A DNA stretch of 63,573 nt from Candidatus Woesearchaeota archaeon (lineage in GTDB: Archaea; Nanobdellota; Nanobdellia; Woesearchaeales; GW2011-AR4). The notes beneath the pieces were generated by a model that was not told the origin of the DNA, ran no database searches, and saw only the letters and a program-made list of their open reading frames with translations. Shown here in pieces: positions 37,006-46,972 of this stretch. Made by a program: the position numbers and the translations under genes. Every line of letters starts with the position of its first letter. The stretch's first letter is position 1. Location: the NCBI GenBank assembly GCA_016184145.1, contig JACPDF010000024.1, forward strand, positions 1 through 63,573, written 5' to 3'.

Positions 37006-37311
37006 AAATACAATAAATAATTGATTAAAATTGATATGATTTGCAAATTAAAAAACAATGCCAATAATGTTAACAACCAAGTTCGCAACTAAGGCATTAA
37101 ATTCGATATTGTAGAAATAGATTATCATACGGCGCAACAAAAAAACAAAAAATAATTCCCGAGCGTTTTTGCCTTCGTGCTTTTTCAGGGCAAAAACGCA
37201 GGCTATAATTAAGCGTTGTTTAGTGCCCGAAGAATATTAAAAGTGAAATTAAGAAATGACAAAGCAAATAGTTGTGCATCATAAGATAAAAATTAAAGAA
37301 ATAAATTCAAA

Positions 37312-38031
37312 ATGCAAAGCATAAAACTAAGCGATAATCTTGCGATAAGGAACCTGAAAAAGGAGTATTTGCTGAAAAAGGAAAGGATAAACAGCAGATT
37401 AAGGGAATTTGACAAATTTTATTTGGGGAGTTATTCCTGGCATTTTGAAAATAACAATATGGAACTAAAATTAAATGATAAAAACCCGAATCACAATTTA
37501 TTTGAGGAACTTTGTTTCTGCATATTGACTGCAAATACAAGTGCTGAGATGGGTTTAAGGTCCATAGATAAGATAAGGGATTTATTAGTTAATGGCTCTG
37601 TTGAGGATATGAGTAGGAATTTAGAAGGTATTTATCGTTTTAATAACTTAAGACCCGCATTCATCGTGCATACAAGAGAAAAATTACAAAAAAGCCATAA
37701 TTTTGAATTAAAAAATATTATTGAAACCTTGAAAAACAACCCTGATGCTCTGCGTGATTTTTTTGTTGAGAATGTAAAGGGTTTTGGCTATAAGGAGGCT
37801 TCTCATTTTCTGAGAAATATCGGGTTTAAAGGGTACGCAATTTTAGATAAGCATATACTAAATTCTTTGGTTGAATTTGGGGTTGTTGATGAGTTTAAAA
37901 TGCCATTGAACAAGGAAAGGTACAAGGAATTGGAGAATAAGCTAAGGCTGTTCAGCAATGAAATAGGCATTCCAATGGACGAGCTGGATTTATTGCTGTG
38001 GAGCAGGAAGAACGGAAGGATTCTTAAATAA
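37312..38031 (+). CDS. ogg: 8-oxoguanine N-glycosylase/DNA lyase (OGG2 type)
   Basis: LFEELCFCILTAN, KGFGYKEASHFLRNIG, AILDKHI, ELDLLLW, C-terminal ILK. Confidence 0.9.
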   Translation: MQSIKLSDNLAIRNLKKEYLLKKERINSRLREFDKFYLGSYSWHFENNNMELKLNDKNPNHNLFEELCFCILTANTSAEMGLRSIDKIRDLLVNGSVEDMSRNLEGIYRFNNLRPAFIVHTREKLQKSHNFELKNIIETLKNNPDALRDFFVENVKGFGYKEASHFLRNIGFKGYAILDKHILNSLVEFGVVDEFKMPLNKERYKELENKLRLFSNEIGIPMDELDLLLWSRKNGRILK

Positions 38032-38033
38032 AA

Positions 38034-38750
38034 ATGCCAAAACCAACGAAAATCAAAGATTTTCTGGGTTTTGAAAATCAGAGACTTTCAAAACCTCCCA
38101 AAAACATTGATAAAATAATCTTTTTATTGAAAAAGGAAATAAAGCAGTTTAAGGAGCCTATAGCAACAGAAATAGGGGAGAAAACTAAAGATCCATTTCT
38201 TGTTTTGATTTCCTGCATAATGAGCCTGAGGACTAAGGATACTACAACAGGCCCTGCAGCTAAAAGATTGTTTAAATTAGCAAAAACGCCAAAAGGAATG
38301 CTGAAACTATCAAAAAAACAGATAGAGAAGGCTATTTTTCCAGTCGGTTTTTATCCTACTAAAGCAAAGTATATTGTTAAAACATGTGAGGTTTTGGTTG
38401 GTAAATATAATGGCAAGGTTCCTGATGCTATGGAAGAATTGATTAAATTGCCAGGTGTTGGGAAAAAATGCGGTGCAATAACTTTGGTATATGGTTTTAA
38501 CAAATCAAATTACATACCTGTCGATGTGCACGTTCTAGTTATTTCAAATAGATTAGGTTGGGTAAAAAGCAAATATCCAGATAAAGTAATGGAAAAACTA
38601 ATGGAGATTATACCAAAAAAATATTGGCATGATTTGAATGATTTATTAGTGAGGCACGGGCAAAACGTTTGTGTGACAAATTCCCCATTTTGCAGCCGTT
38701 GTGCTATTAAAAGTTATTGTCCTAAAATAGGCGTAACGCGAAGCAGATAA
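38034..38750 (+). CDS. nth: Endonuclease III
   Basis: DPFLVLISCIMSLRTKD, HhH LPGVGKK, PVDVHV, Fe-S motif C-x6-C-x2-C-x5-C. Confidence 0.93.
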   Translation: MPKPTKIKDFLGFENQRLSKPPKNIDKIIFLLKKEIKQFKEPIATEIGEKTKDPFLVLISCIMSLRTKDTTTGPAAKRLFKLAKTPKGMLKLSKKQIEKAIFPVGFYPTKAKYIVKTCEVLVGKYNGKVPDAMEELIKLPGVGKKCGAITLVYGFNKSNYIPVDVHVLVISNRLGWVKSKYPDKVMEKLMEIIPKKYWHDLNDLLVRHGQNVCVTNSPFCSRCAIKSYCPKIGVTRSR

Positions 38751-38802
38751 ATATGCAAATATAACAAATTTTTAATAATACCAAAGATACCGGCTAAAAT
38801 AA

Positions 38803-39672
38803 ATGGGAAATCCAAAGAAAAATGCTGCAACAGTCGGCATAGCTGGAAACATATTCCTGTTCATAGCAAAGCTTGCAATTGGCTTTGTTTCCAACAGCAT
38901 CGCAATAATATCAGATGCCTTTAACTCATTGACTGATGTTGTAAATTCGATAATACTTTTTTTTAGCGTAAAGGTAGGAAGCAAGTCCGCTGACGAAGAT
39001 CATCCTTTCGGTCATCACCGCTCAGAGCCTCTTGGCGGCCTGATAGTTGCGGTCCTTACAATAGTTCTGGGCTTTGAGATAGCAAGGATAGCAGCAACTA
39101 GACTAATAACAAAAACAGCGCCTATATTCAGCATTCCTGTTGTTTTTATACTGCTTTTAACCATTCTAATTAAATCTTTTATGTACCTTTACACAAGATC
39201 AGCATGGAAGAAGACGAAAAGCACCGCTGTTTTTGTATTGATGGTTGACCACAGGAATGACATATGGATTTCCTCAGGGGCTATAATAGGTTTTCTGGGG
39301 GCAAATTATAACATTGTTTTCCTCGATGCATTGGTTGCGTTTTTTATAGGGATATGGATAATAAAGGTCGGGTTTTCCATAGGCGCAAGAAATGTAAAGT
39401 ACCTCATGGGAGAGGCTCCTAAGCCAGAGCTTGTTGATAAAATCTCAAGAATTGTGTTAAATGTAAATGGGGTAAGAAGCATTCAAAAAATAAAAGCCCA
39501 TTATGTCGGAGTATTATTGCAGGTTGAGGTGCATATAAGGGTAAGCAGGAATATCTCCGTGTATAGGGCGCATACAATAGAGACAAATGCAAGGAAAGCC
39601 ATTGAAAAGCTCAGGGAAGTTGACAGGGCATTTGTGCATGTTGACCCGATAATAAAGTCAAGGCCGCATTAA
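38803..39672 (+). CDS. Cation diffusion facilitator (FieF-like) transporter
   Basis: SDAFNSLTD, DEDHPFGH, DHRND, C-terminal HVDP. Confidence 0.92.
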   Translation: MGNPKKNAATVGIAGNIFLFIAKLAIGFVSNSIAIISDAFNSLTDVVNSIILFFSVKVGSKSADEDHPFGHHRSEPLGGLIVAVLTIVLGFEIARIAATRLITKTAPIFSIPVVFILLLTILIKSFMYLYTRSAWKKTKSTAVFVLMVDHRNDIWISSGAIIGFLGANYNIVFLDALVAFFIGIWIIKVGFSIGARNVKYLMGEAPKPELVDKISRIVLNVNGVRSIQKIKAHYVGVLLQVEVHIRVSRNISVYRAHTIETNARKAIEKLREVDRAFVHVDPIIKSRPH

Positions 39673-39674
39673 AT

Positions 39675-40949
39675 TTAGATGCCTTTGATAAAAACTAGGT
39701 AAAGCAGATAAGAGTTAAAGGACAATATTATAATGCCGAAAATTGACGCTAAAATTGTTGTAAATTTTTTGTTTACCAGTTCTCCCATTATTTTTTTGTC
39801 TGCGCTGAAAAGCAGGATAGGTATCATAGGCAATGGAATTAAAAGGCTCAATACCACCTGGCTGTAGACAAGAAGATGCAGAGGCTCTAAGCCGAGCATT
39901 ATTGCAATTGTTAAAGGTATAAGGTTAATGAATCTTGTTATCAAGCGCCTTACCCAAAGCGGTACCTTAAAGCCCATAAGACCGTCCATGACTGACTGGC
40001 CGGCTAAAGTGCCGGTTATTGAGGAGGATATTCCTGCTGACAATAATGCAAGGGCAAAAATCAATGCTGCAAAGCCTCCAAACAGGGGTATTAAGGTTAT
40101 GTAAGCTCCTTCTAAAGTCGCTACCTTTTCCCCTAAGCCGAAAAATACCGCTGCGGCCATTATGAGCATTGCTGCATTGATTAAAGCTGCTATTGTCAAA
40201 GACAATATATTTTCGGTTGCGTGGTACTTTAAAGTGGTTTCTTTGCTTAAGTTGTTATTCAGCCCTATTATTTTGTTTTTTATCAGCCATGAATGTACAA
40301 ATAATGCATGAGGCATGACGGTTGCTCCTATAATGCCAACTGCTATCAAGGCGCTTTCATTGGTTAAGATGGGCTTTATAGAGCTGGCGAGTATTGAGGA
40401 AAAGTTTGGCTTAGCCAAGAATACCTCGTAGACAAAACCAATTCCGATTACCGAAACGAAAAGGACAAACGCCCACTCCAAGTAGCGGAATCTTTTCTGG
40501 GTGAGCAAAATAAGCAGCAAAACATCAATAACCGCTATATATGTACCGTAAATCATTGGGATGCCAAAAAGAAGCTTCAAAGCTACAACAATTCCTAAAA
40601 ATTCGGCAAGGTCTGTCGCCAATATAACGAGCTCTGACAAAAGCCAATATGACACAATAAGGCTTTTCCTTTTCAGCTTTTCCTTGACCAATTCAGCGAC
40701 ACTATAACCGGCTATTCCGATTTTTCCGGAAAGATATTGGAACATCATGGCCATGCCGGAAGCAAGCCAGATAACCCAGAGGAGCTTATACTCAAAATTT
40801 GCCCCCCCGCTGATGTTAGTGCCCCAATTGCCGGGGTCCATATAGGCTACGCTCACTATCAGTCCAGAGCCTGTGAAGAGCCAGAACTTCCTGTCTGACA
40901 ATATTTTAAAATAAGAATTAAATTTTTGAAACATAGTCATTGTATGCAC
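39675..40949 (-). CDS. mntH: Nramp divalent metal transporter
   Basis: VAYMDPGNW, GATVMPHALFVHS. Confidence 0.94.
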   Translation of the reverse strand: MHTMTMFQKFNSYFKILSDRKFWLFTGSGLIVSVAYMDPGNWGTNISGGANFEYKLLWVIWLASGMAMMFQYLSGKIGIAGYSVAELVKEKLKRKSLIVSYWLLSELVILATDLAEFLGIVVALKLLFGIPMIYGTYIAVIDVLLLILLTQKRFRYLEWAFVLFVSVIGIGFVYEVFLAKPNFSSILASSIKPILTNESALIAVGIIGATVMPHALFVHSWLIKNKIIGLNNNLSKETTLKYHATENILSLTIAALINAAMLIMAAAVFFGLGEKVATLEGAYITLIPLFGGFAALIFALALLSAGISSSITGTLAGQSVMDGLMGFKVPLWVRRLITRFINLIPLTIAIMLGLEPLHLLVYSQVVLSLLIPLPMIPILLFSADKKIMGELVNKKFTTILASIFGIIILSFNSYLLYLVFIKGI

Positions 40950-40958
40950 CTTTTTAAT

Positions 40959-42167
40959 TTACCCCAAAACCAAAAATCCTGTCAGATAAATGACTAAAAG
41001 GCCTGCTAAAAATCCTGCAACATTTGTCAAGGTGAATAATGAAGTCCATTTTCCTTTTGCCATGTAATGCAAAATATCAAAAGTTACATCAAAAATTGCC
41101 CCTGCGCCTATTGCAAGGAAAAATACTGCCATTACGGGAGAATATGCAAATCCGCCCACAACAGCACCAATTATTGTAGGAGCGCCTGCCAATAATCCCA
41201 TTATGATAAGATGAAAATAGAAGTTACTCACTTGCCTTACAAATCTGGTTAATGGGGCAACAATTGCAACTCCTTCTGTTACATTGTGAATCATAAAGCC
41301 TATTACGAGGGTAGCTCCCAGTGCTATCTCCCCTATAGCATACGCGCTTCCTATAGCAAGCCCTTCCCCTAAATTATGCAATCCAATTCCAAGAGCAATC
41401 AAATAACCGAAAATTAAAGCCTGAAAATGCTCGCCTTTAATTTGCCTGTGGTGCTCTGACTTGTAGCTTATGGCAGACAAAGTGAGGATAGCTAGAGTGA
41501 ACCCAATTATTATAATCCCTATCCCATTATATGCGTTTGGTATCGCTTCCAAAAGGTCGAATGATTCCTCAAGCGCGTCAAATCCCAAGAATGAAAGCAA
41601 GCCTACTGTCAAGGCAAGCAAAAAACTATACCATCTTGCCCTTAGCATTTGCAAAAATGGAAGCCATAACAAGCCAAGCAAAACAGGAATAACACCAACA
41701 TAAATTCCCAGCAAAACAAATGTTTTAAAGTAAAAGAAATTAAATTTAGGAGTCAAAGCTGCTGCCTCAACTTCTTTTTCAAAAGTAACCCCATTCCTTG
41801 ATATCAAAGTTATTTTTTCAAAATCCCCCTCGAGCCAGGGATATGGGATATCAATTTTTGCCTTTTCAAGGGGGTTTAAAGTGTTTTTTGGAGTGATTTC
41901 AAATTGCCAGTAAGCATCATTGACTAAAACTTGGGCTATTGTCACTGGCTCCGGACCATCGTTAAAGACCTCCAAAGTTATATGCTCAGCAGAAAATACT
42001 ACTCTTTGTATAAATGCCTTTTCTAAGGGAACAATATTTGATTTTAAGACTCCAAGAGGTCCAAACTTAAGAAAAAACACCAGCAATATTCCCAATAATA
42101 TAAGAGGCAATAAAGCCTTTGACCAAAATTTTAATTTACTTTGCTGTTCCATTTTACTCAACCTCAA
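40959..42167 (-). CDS. ZIP-family metal transporter with extracellular N-terminal domain
   Basis: IGLHNLGEGLAIG and HNVTEGVAI motifs. Confidence 0.88.
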   Translation of the reverse strand: MRLSKMEQQSKLKFWSKALLPLILLGILLVFFLKFGPLGVLKSNIVPLEKAFIQRVVFSAEHITLEVFNDGPEPVTIAQVLVNDAYWQFEITPKNTLNPLEKAKIDIPYPWLEGDFEKITLISRNGVTFEKEVEAAALTPKFNFFYFKTFVLLGIYVGVIPVLLGLLWLPFLQMLRARWYSFLLALTVGLLSFLGFDALEESFDLLEAIPNAYNGIGIIIIGFTLAILTLSAISYKSEHHRQIKGEHFQALIFGYLIALGIGLHNLGEGLAIGSAYAIGEIALGATLVIGFMIHNVTEGVAIVAPLTRFVRQVSNFYFHLIIMGLLAGAPTIIGAVVGGFAYSPVMAVFFLAIGAGAIFDVTFDILHYMAKGKWTSLFTLTNVAGFLAGLLVIYLTGFLVLG

Positions 42168-43275
42168 AAAATCCCATCCATCCTAATTCTGCAAATTCAG
42201 ACACATGCGCATGGAACATGTACATTCCAGTGTACTTGAACTTCACATCCAAAATAGACCTTTCTCCCTGAACCATAGAGGTAATATCCGTATATGCATC
42301 TGGCTCAAGCTTTGTTCCTGTGCTGTACTCGTCAAAAAAAGTTGCATGCAAATGAAAAGAATTTATAGGATCAAATTCAACAATATTAATTAAATAAATC
42401 CTTATCAATTCATCTTTTTTGACTTTTATGGGGTTTATGGCATAGTAAAAAGCCTTGGTATTGACAGCATATACTTCATTTTCTCCATCAAGATTAGTGT
42501 CAAAGGCATTCATAACCATAACCAATTCCTTATCTGGTTTTGGCCTTGCATCATTTTTCGGGTCAACAATATATGCTCCGTACAATCCTTTGGATATATG
42601 CTGTTTCAACGGAACGGAATGGCAATGGAATAAATGAACTCCGAAAGGGTCTGCATCAAACTCGTAAGTAAAGCTTTGTCCAGGGTAAACAAAATCTTCT
42701 GTCATAGCACCATCCATCGAAGAATTATGAATACCATGAAAGTGCATTGTATGCGGCTTAGTCCCTTTATTTGTAAAATAAATTCTTATTAAATCGCCTT
42801 CTGTAGCCCTTATAGTCGGGGCCGGTACTTGCCCATTGTAAGTCCAAGCTGGAAAGAAAACTCCAGGTGCGATTTCAATTTCTTTGTCTTCAGCATAAAT
42901 CCAATATTCCCTCAGCAAGCTTCCATCCGGCCGCTTTGTTTCTTTGTAATATTTTTCCCTTTCATCTTCCGGCAGATTATTGAAGTTCCATGTTGTCAAA
43001 TAATTTGTTGGGTCAAAGCCGTCATAGCCGTAACTGCCTTCTGCCCCAAATTTCTCCTGTGCTGTTTTTTGGGTGTTAAAACCATTAGAATTCCCATTGT
43101 GGATGCTGTTGAACGCCTCAATGCAATCTTTGTCTTTGCCATCAGAGCACAGCTTTGCTGCTTCCTTTAATTCATCAAATTCTGCATTTGTATTTTTATC
43201 TGGAAAAAACAGAAATATTAAAGCTGCAGCTACAAAAAACATGCCTAATCCAAGGATTATTTTATTATTTTTCAT
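42154..43275 (-). CDS. Membrane-anchored two-domain multicopper oxidase
   Basis: HTMHFHG, FHCH, SFHLH, FHAH copper motifs; N-terminal membrane anchor. Confidence 0.88.
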   Translation of the reverse strand: MKNNKIILGLGMFFVAAALIFLFFPDKNTNAEFDELKEAAKLCSDGKDKDCIEAFNSIHNGNSNGFNTQKTAQEKFGAEGSYGYDGFDPTNYLTTWNFNNLPEDEREKYYKETKRPDGSLLREYWIYAEDKEIEIAPGVFFPAWTYNGQVPAPTIRATEGDLIRIYFTNKGTKPHTMHFHGIHNSSMDGAMTEDFVYPGQSFTYEFDADPFGVHLFHCHSVPLKQHISKGLYGAYIVDPKNDARPKPDKELVMVMNAFDTNLDGENEVYAVNTKAFYYAINPIKVKKDELIRIYLINIVEFDPINSFHLHATFFDEYSTGTKLEPDAYTDITSMVQGERSILDVKFKYTGMYMFHAHVSEFAELGWMGFFEVE

Positions 43276-43290
43276 TTTGTTTGGAAAGAA

Positions 43291-43689
43291 TTATCTTGGT
43301 ATTGGCTTGCCATGAGGGTCTTTTTTTGGGTTGTTGAGCAATTTCTTCATCTTATCTATAGATTCCTGGCTGAAAGCATGCTCGAGCTTGTGGGCTTCCT
43401 CATGGACTTTCTGCGGACTTATTTTTAGCATATCCTTGAGAAAAGTCTCTATTATCCTGTGCCTCATAGTAAGGTTTTTTGCAACTTTAAAGCCGTTTTT
43501 TGTAAGATTGATTTTTGAATATTTTTTATACTGAATCAGCCCGTCTGCATCCAAATTTTTGAGCATTTCCGAAACGCTTGGCTTAGATACACTAAGATAA
43601 TCTGCAACTTCAACAGACCTGACTTCATCCTTTTCCTCCATCAAGTGGTATACTGCCCTCAAATAATCCTCCCTGCTTATGCTTTCCAT
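43291..43689 (-). CDS. DtxR/MntR-family metal-dependent repressor
   Basis: EDYL, VSKPSVSEML HTH, RHR.IE.FL, EEAHKLEH, DPHGKPIP. Confidence 0.94.
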   Translation of the reverse strand: MESISREDYLRAVYHLMEEKDEVRSVEVADYLSVSKPSVSEMLKNLDADGLIQYKKYSKINLTKNGFKVAKNLTMRHRIIETFLKDMLKISPQKVHEEAHKLEHAFSQESIDKMKKLLNNPKKDPHGKPIPR

Positions 43690-43692
43690 AGA

Positions 43693-43712
43693 AAGTTAGG
43701 TTAGCCTAACTT
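43693..43712. promoter_or_regulatory. DtxR-family operator
   Basis: Palindrome AAGTTAGG-TTAG-CCTAACTT matching the DtxR consensus core TTAGGTTAGCCTAA, between the TATA box and ATG of the repressor. Confidence 0.85.
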
Positions 43713-43787
43713 ATATATAAAGGTTTGCATTTGGGTTTTTGCTCCAAAAAGATAAATTAATATATAGCCTCTAAATTACAAATTTCC

Positions 43788-45284
43788 ATGGCATTAAAAA
43801 TTGAGGCAGCAAGCAAGGATATTGCAGAAATAGGGGATAAATGCATTGTCATAGCTTTCTTTGAGGACAATTTAAAGCTGAATAAGGATATTGCCAGCTT
43901 TGACAAAACAATAAACAACGCTATAAGCAATTCCATTAAAAACAAGGACTTCAAGGCAGAATTAAATGAGGTTAAGAGTTTTTATGTCAATAGTAAAAAG
44001 CTGGATTATGTTGCGCTGCTTGGCCTGGGCAAGGAAAAGGACTTTAACCTTAACAAGCTGATGGATGCCGTAAGTGCGCTGTCAAAGAAGCTAAGGGGCA
44101 TGGACATCAAGAGCTTTAGCATTTATTTTGACTCCTTCAAGAACAAGAATTTTGATTTTGAAAGTTATCTTGAAAAAATTATACAAGCGGCTGCTCTTTC
44201 ACTTTACCAGTTCACAAGGTACAAGACAAAAGACCTTGACAAGGTAAAAAGAGTTGATAGAGTAAATATTATAGTCAATGAAAATGATGCAAATAAAGCC
44301 AAAAAAATAGTTGATGAGACCTTAGTTTATGCGGAAGCGGTCAATAAGACAAGGGATTTAGTAAATACGCCCCCTAATGTAGCTGTTCCGGAATATGTTG
44401 CTGATTATGCCAAAGAAATTGCAAGGAAGAACGGCTTAAAGTTTACTGTCCTTGACGAGAAGCAGCTTGAGAAATTAGGCATGGAATGCTACATGGCTGT
44501 TGCAAGGGCTTCTGTCAACAAGCCGAGGATGTTCATTCTTGAGTATAATGGAAAAGGAAATGAAAATCCAATTGTGCTAGTTGGGAAAGGCCTGACTTAT
44601 GATACCGGAGGCGTTAATGCAAAGCCCGCAAACTATATGGTAAACATGAAGGATGACAAGGCGGGGGCATGCTCTGTGATTCACGTCCTGGAAGCGTGCG
44701 CAAAGCTCAAAATAAAGGCAAATGTCATTGGGATAGGGGCAATGGCAGAGAATGCAATTGGCGGGAATGCGTATAAGCCTGATGATGTGCTGAAGTCGTA
44801 TTCAGGCATTACAGTAGAGGTTATACATTCAGATGCCGAAGGAAGGATGGTTTTGGCTGATGCTCTTGCTTACTCCTTAAAGTTTAAGCCAAAGGCTATT
44901 GTTGATATTGCCACTTTAACAGGCGCTTCAATAATCGCTCTAGGATATGGAATAAGCCCTGTCTTGGGAAATGACCAGGAGCTTGTAGATAAGATAAAGC
45001 ACGCTGCGGAAAAAAGCCTGGACAGGGTATGGCAGCTGCCGATGCCGGAAGACTATGAGGAATTAATCAAGAGCGATGTAGCTGACATAAAGCATGTTAA
45101 CTCGGATATAGACGCCGGAGTAATTGTTGGAGGGATTTTCTTAAAGCAGTTTGTAAAAGACGCAAAATGGGCTCATATTGATATCGGGGCAACAGTCTGG
45201 GCAAAGCAGGAGAAAGGGTATAAGATAAAAGGAGCTACAGGTTTTGGCGTAAGGCTTTTGCTGGACTTTTTAAGAGAGCGATAA
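43788..45284 (+). CDS. pepA: Leucyl aminopeptidase (M17)
   Basis: LVGKGLTYDTGG..K, MKDDKAGA, SDAEGRMVLAD, DIATLTG. Confidence 0.93.
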   Translation: MALKIEAASKDIAEIGDKCIVIAFFEDNLKLNKDIASFDKTINNAISNSIKNKDFKAELNEVKSFYVNSKKLDYVALLGLGKEKDFNLNKLMDAVSALSKKLRGMDIKSFSIYFDSFKNKNFDFESYLEKIIQAAALSLYQFTRYKTKDLDKVKRVDRVNIIVNENDANKAKKIVDETLVYAEAVNKTRDLVNTPPNVAVPEYVADYAKEIARKNGLKFTVLDEKQLEKLGMECYMAVARASVNKPRMFILEYNGKGNENPIVLVGKGLTYDTGGVNAKPANYMVNMKDDKAGACSVIHVLEACAKLKIKANVIGIGAMAENAIGGNAYKPDDVLKSYSGITVEVIHSDAEGRMVLADALAYSLKFKPKAIVDIATLTGASIIALGYGISPVLGNDQELVDKIKHAAEKSLDRVWQLPMPEDYEELIKSDVADIKHVNSDIDAGVIVGGIFLKQFVKDAKWAHIDIGATVWAKQEKGYKIKGATGFGVRLLLDFLRER

Positions 45285-45331
45285 GGACCAGCAAACAATT
45301 AAAAACCATTAAAAACAGCTATTTTTTTCTT

Positions 45332-46063
45332 ATGGATAAAAAACCATTGCAAAAAGCAAAGGAGCATAAATTAAAAATAACCAGAATTATTGATGAGGCT
45401 CATGACACTAAGACGTTTAGGGTAGAAGTTCCTAAAAATACTGAAATAGATTTTTTGCCAGGGCAGTTCTTCATGGTAAGGTTTTGGAATAATGAAATTT
45501 TGAAAAGGGCTTATTCAATAGCTTCTTCTCCGACAGACAAAGGCCATATGGACATAACCATGAATTTGGTTGGTGAGTTTACAAAAAAATTATGGCAGTG
45601 CAAAGTCAATGAGCATTTGATTTTTACGGGGCCTTACGGAAAGTTTTATTTTGATGAAAGCATGAAACAGGATTTGGTTTTGATTTGCGGGGGCTTAGGA
45701 ATAACACCTTTAAGGAGCATCATAAGGTACTGCAATGACAAAAAATTGCCAAATAAGATTAATTTGATTTACAGCGCAAGAACTCCTGATGCAATAGTCT
45801 ACAAAGAGGAGCTTGAAAATTACAAAAAGAAAAATCCGAATTATAAGTTTGTTTTTACAATAACAAGGCCACAACCAGAGCATAAATGGAATGGCAGGAC
45901 AGGAAGAATAGATGAGGGGCTTTTAAGAGGCAATATTGAAAATATTGAGAATACGTTGTTCTTTGTTTGCGGCCCTTTGCAGTTTGTCAAGGATACAAGG
46001 GCAATGCTTGAGAGCTTAGGGGCAAAAAAAGAGCAGATTAAAACGGATATTTGGGGAGAATAA
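45332..46063 (+). CDS. Ferredoxin-NADP+ reductase-family FAD/NAD(P) oxidoreductase
   Basis: PGQF, RAYSIAS, GPYG.F, GGLGITP, CGP. Confidence 0.9.
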   Translation: MDKKPLQKAKEHKLKITRIIDEAHDTKTFRVEVPKNTEIDFLPGQFFMVRFWNNEILKRAYSIASSPTDKGHMDITMNLVGEFTKKLWQCKVNEHLIFTGPYGKFYFDESMKQDLVLICGGLGITPLRSIIRYCNDKKLPNKINLIYSARTPDAIVYKEELENYKKKNPNYKFVFTITRPQPEHKWNGRTGRIDEGLLRGNIENIENTLFFVCGPLQFVKDTRAMLESLGAKKEQIKTDIWGE

Positions 46064-46123
46064 AGGGTAACAGATATTATTGATTCTGGAGTGGAAGCAA
46101 AAAGTTTATAATTAACAGATTTC

Positions 46124-46927
46124 ATGGTTGATTTCATGTATAAAAGGATAGTATCAATGGCCCCGAGCAATACAGAGATTCTATACGCTTTAGGCGTTGG
46201 GGATAAGATTGTTGCTGTCACAAGATACTGCGATTTTCCCGCTGAGGCAAAGAAAAAGCCGAAGATAGGGGGCTGGCTGGATATAAAGGACGAGCTTGTC
46301 ATGGGTTATAAGCCTGACTTATTGCTTACCTCCACTTTTGTGCAGAACGAGATAACGGAAAAATACAAAAAAATGGGAATGAATGTTGTTTCCCTTATGC
46401 CCACTACCTTGGTTGGCGTCTTTAATTCCATAAAAAAAATCGGCAAACTGGTCGGCAGGGAAAAAGAAGCTGAGCTATTGGCAAGGAATATGAATAAAAG
46501 GATCAATGAGATAAAAAGCAAGGTTAAAAATGCGGATTTTAAGCCGAGGCTTTACATAGAGGAATGGCACAAGCCCCCAACTATCTCTGGAAACTGGGTC
46601 CCCACGCTTGCAAGGTTTGCAGGGGCTGACTACAGCTTAATAAGGGCAGGCTACCACAGCAGGGAAGTTTTTCTTGATGAAATCCAAAAATACAATCCTG
46701 AGTTTATTGTTGTTTCCATTTGCGGGCTGAATGACAGGGCTCCGAAAGAATGGATCATCAAAAGGGAAGGCTGGGAAAATATAAGGGCTGTAAAGAACAA
46801 TAATGTGCATGTTTTTGATGATTCTTTGCTGAACAGGCCGGGGCCAAGGTTGGTTGACGGCTTGGAGAAATTGGCAAGTATGCTGCATCCTGAGATATTT
46901 GGCAAGGAAGAAGCAAAACTGCATTAA
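46124..46927 (+). CDS. BtuF-like cobalamin-binding protein without signal peptide
   Basis: RIVSMAPSNTEILYALG, VTRYCDFP, RPGPRLVDGLE; no hydrophobic leader. Confidence 0.8.
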   Translation: MVDFMYKRIVSMAPSNTEILYALGVGDKIVAVTRYCDFPAEAKKKPKIGGWLDIKDELVMGYKPDLLLTSTFVQNEITEKYKKMGMNVVSLMPTTLVGVFNSIKKIGKLVGREKEAELLARNMNKRINEIKSKVKNADFKPRLYIEEWHKPPTISGNWVPTLARFAGADYSLIRAGYHSREVFLDEIQKYNPEFIVVSICGLNDRAPKEWIIKREGWENIRAVKNNNVHVFDDSLLNRPGPRLVDGLEKLASMLHPEIFGKEEAKLH

Positions 46928-46972
46928 AGCATAAAACTAATAAACAAAATAAATTTCCTCTAATTCTCTGAT

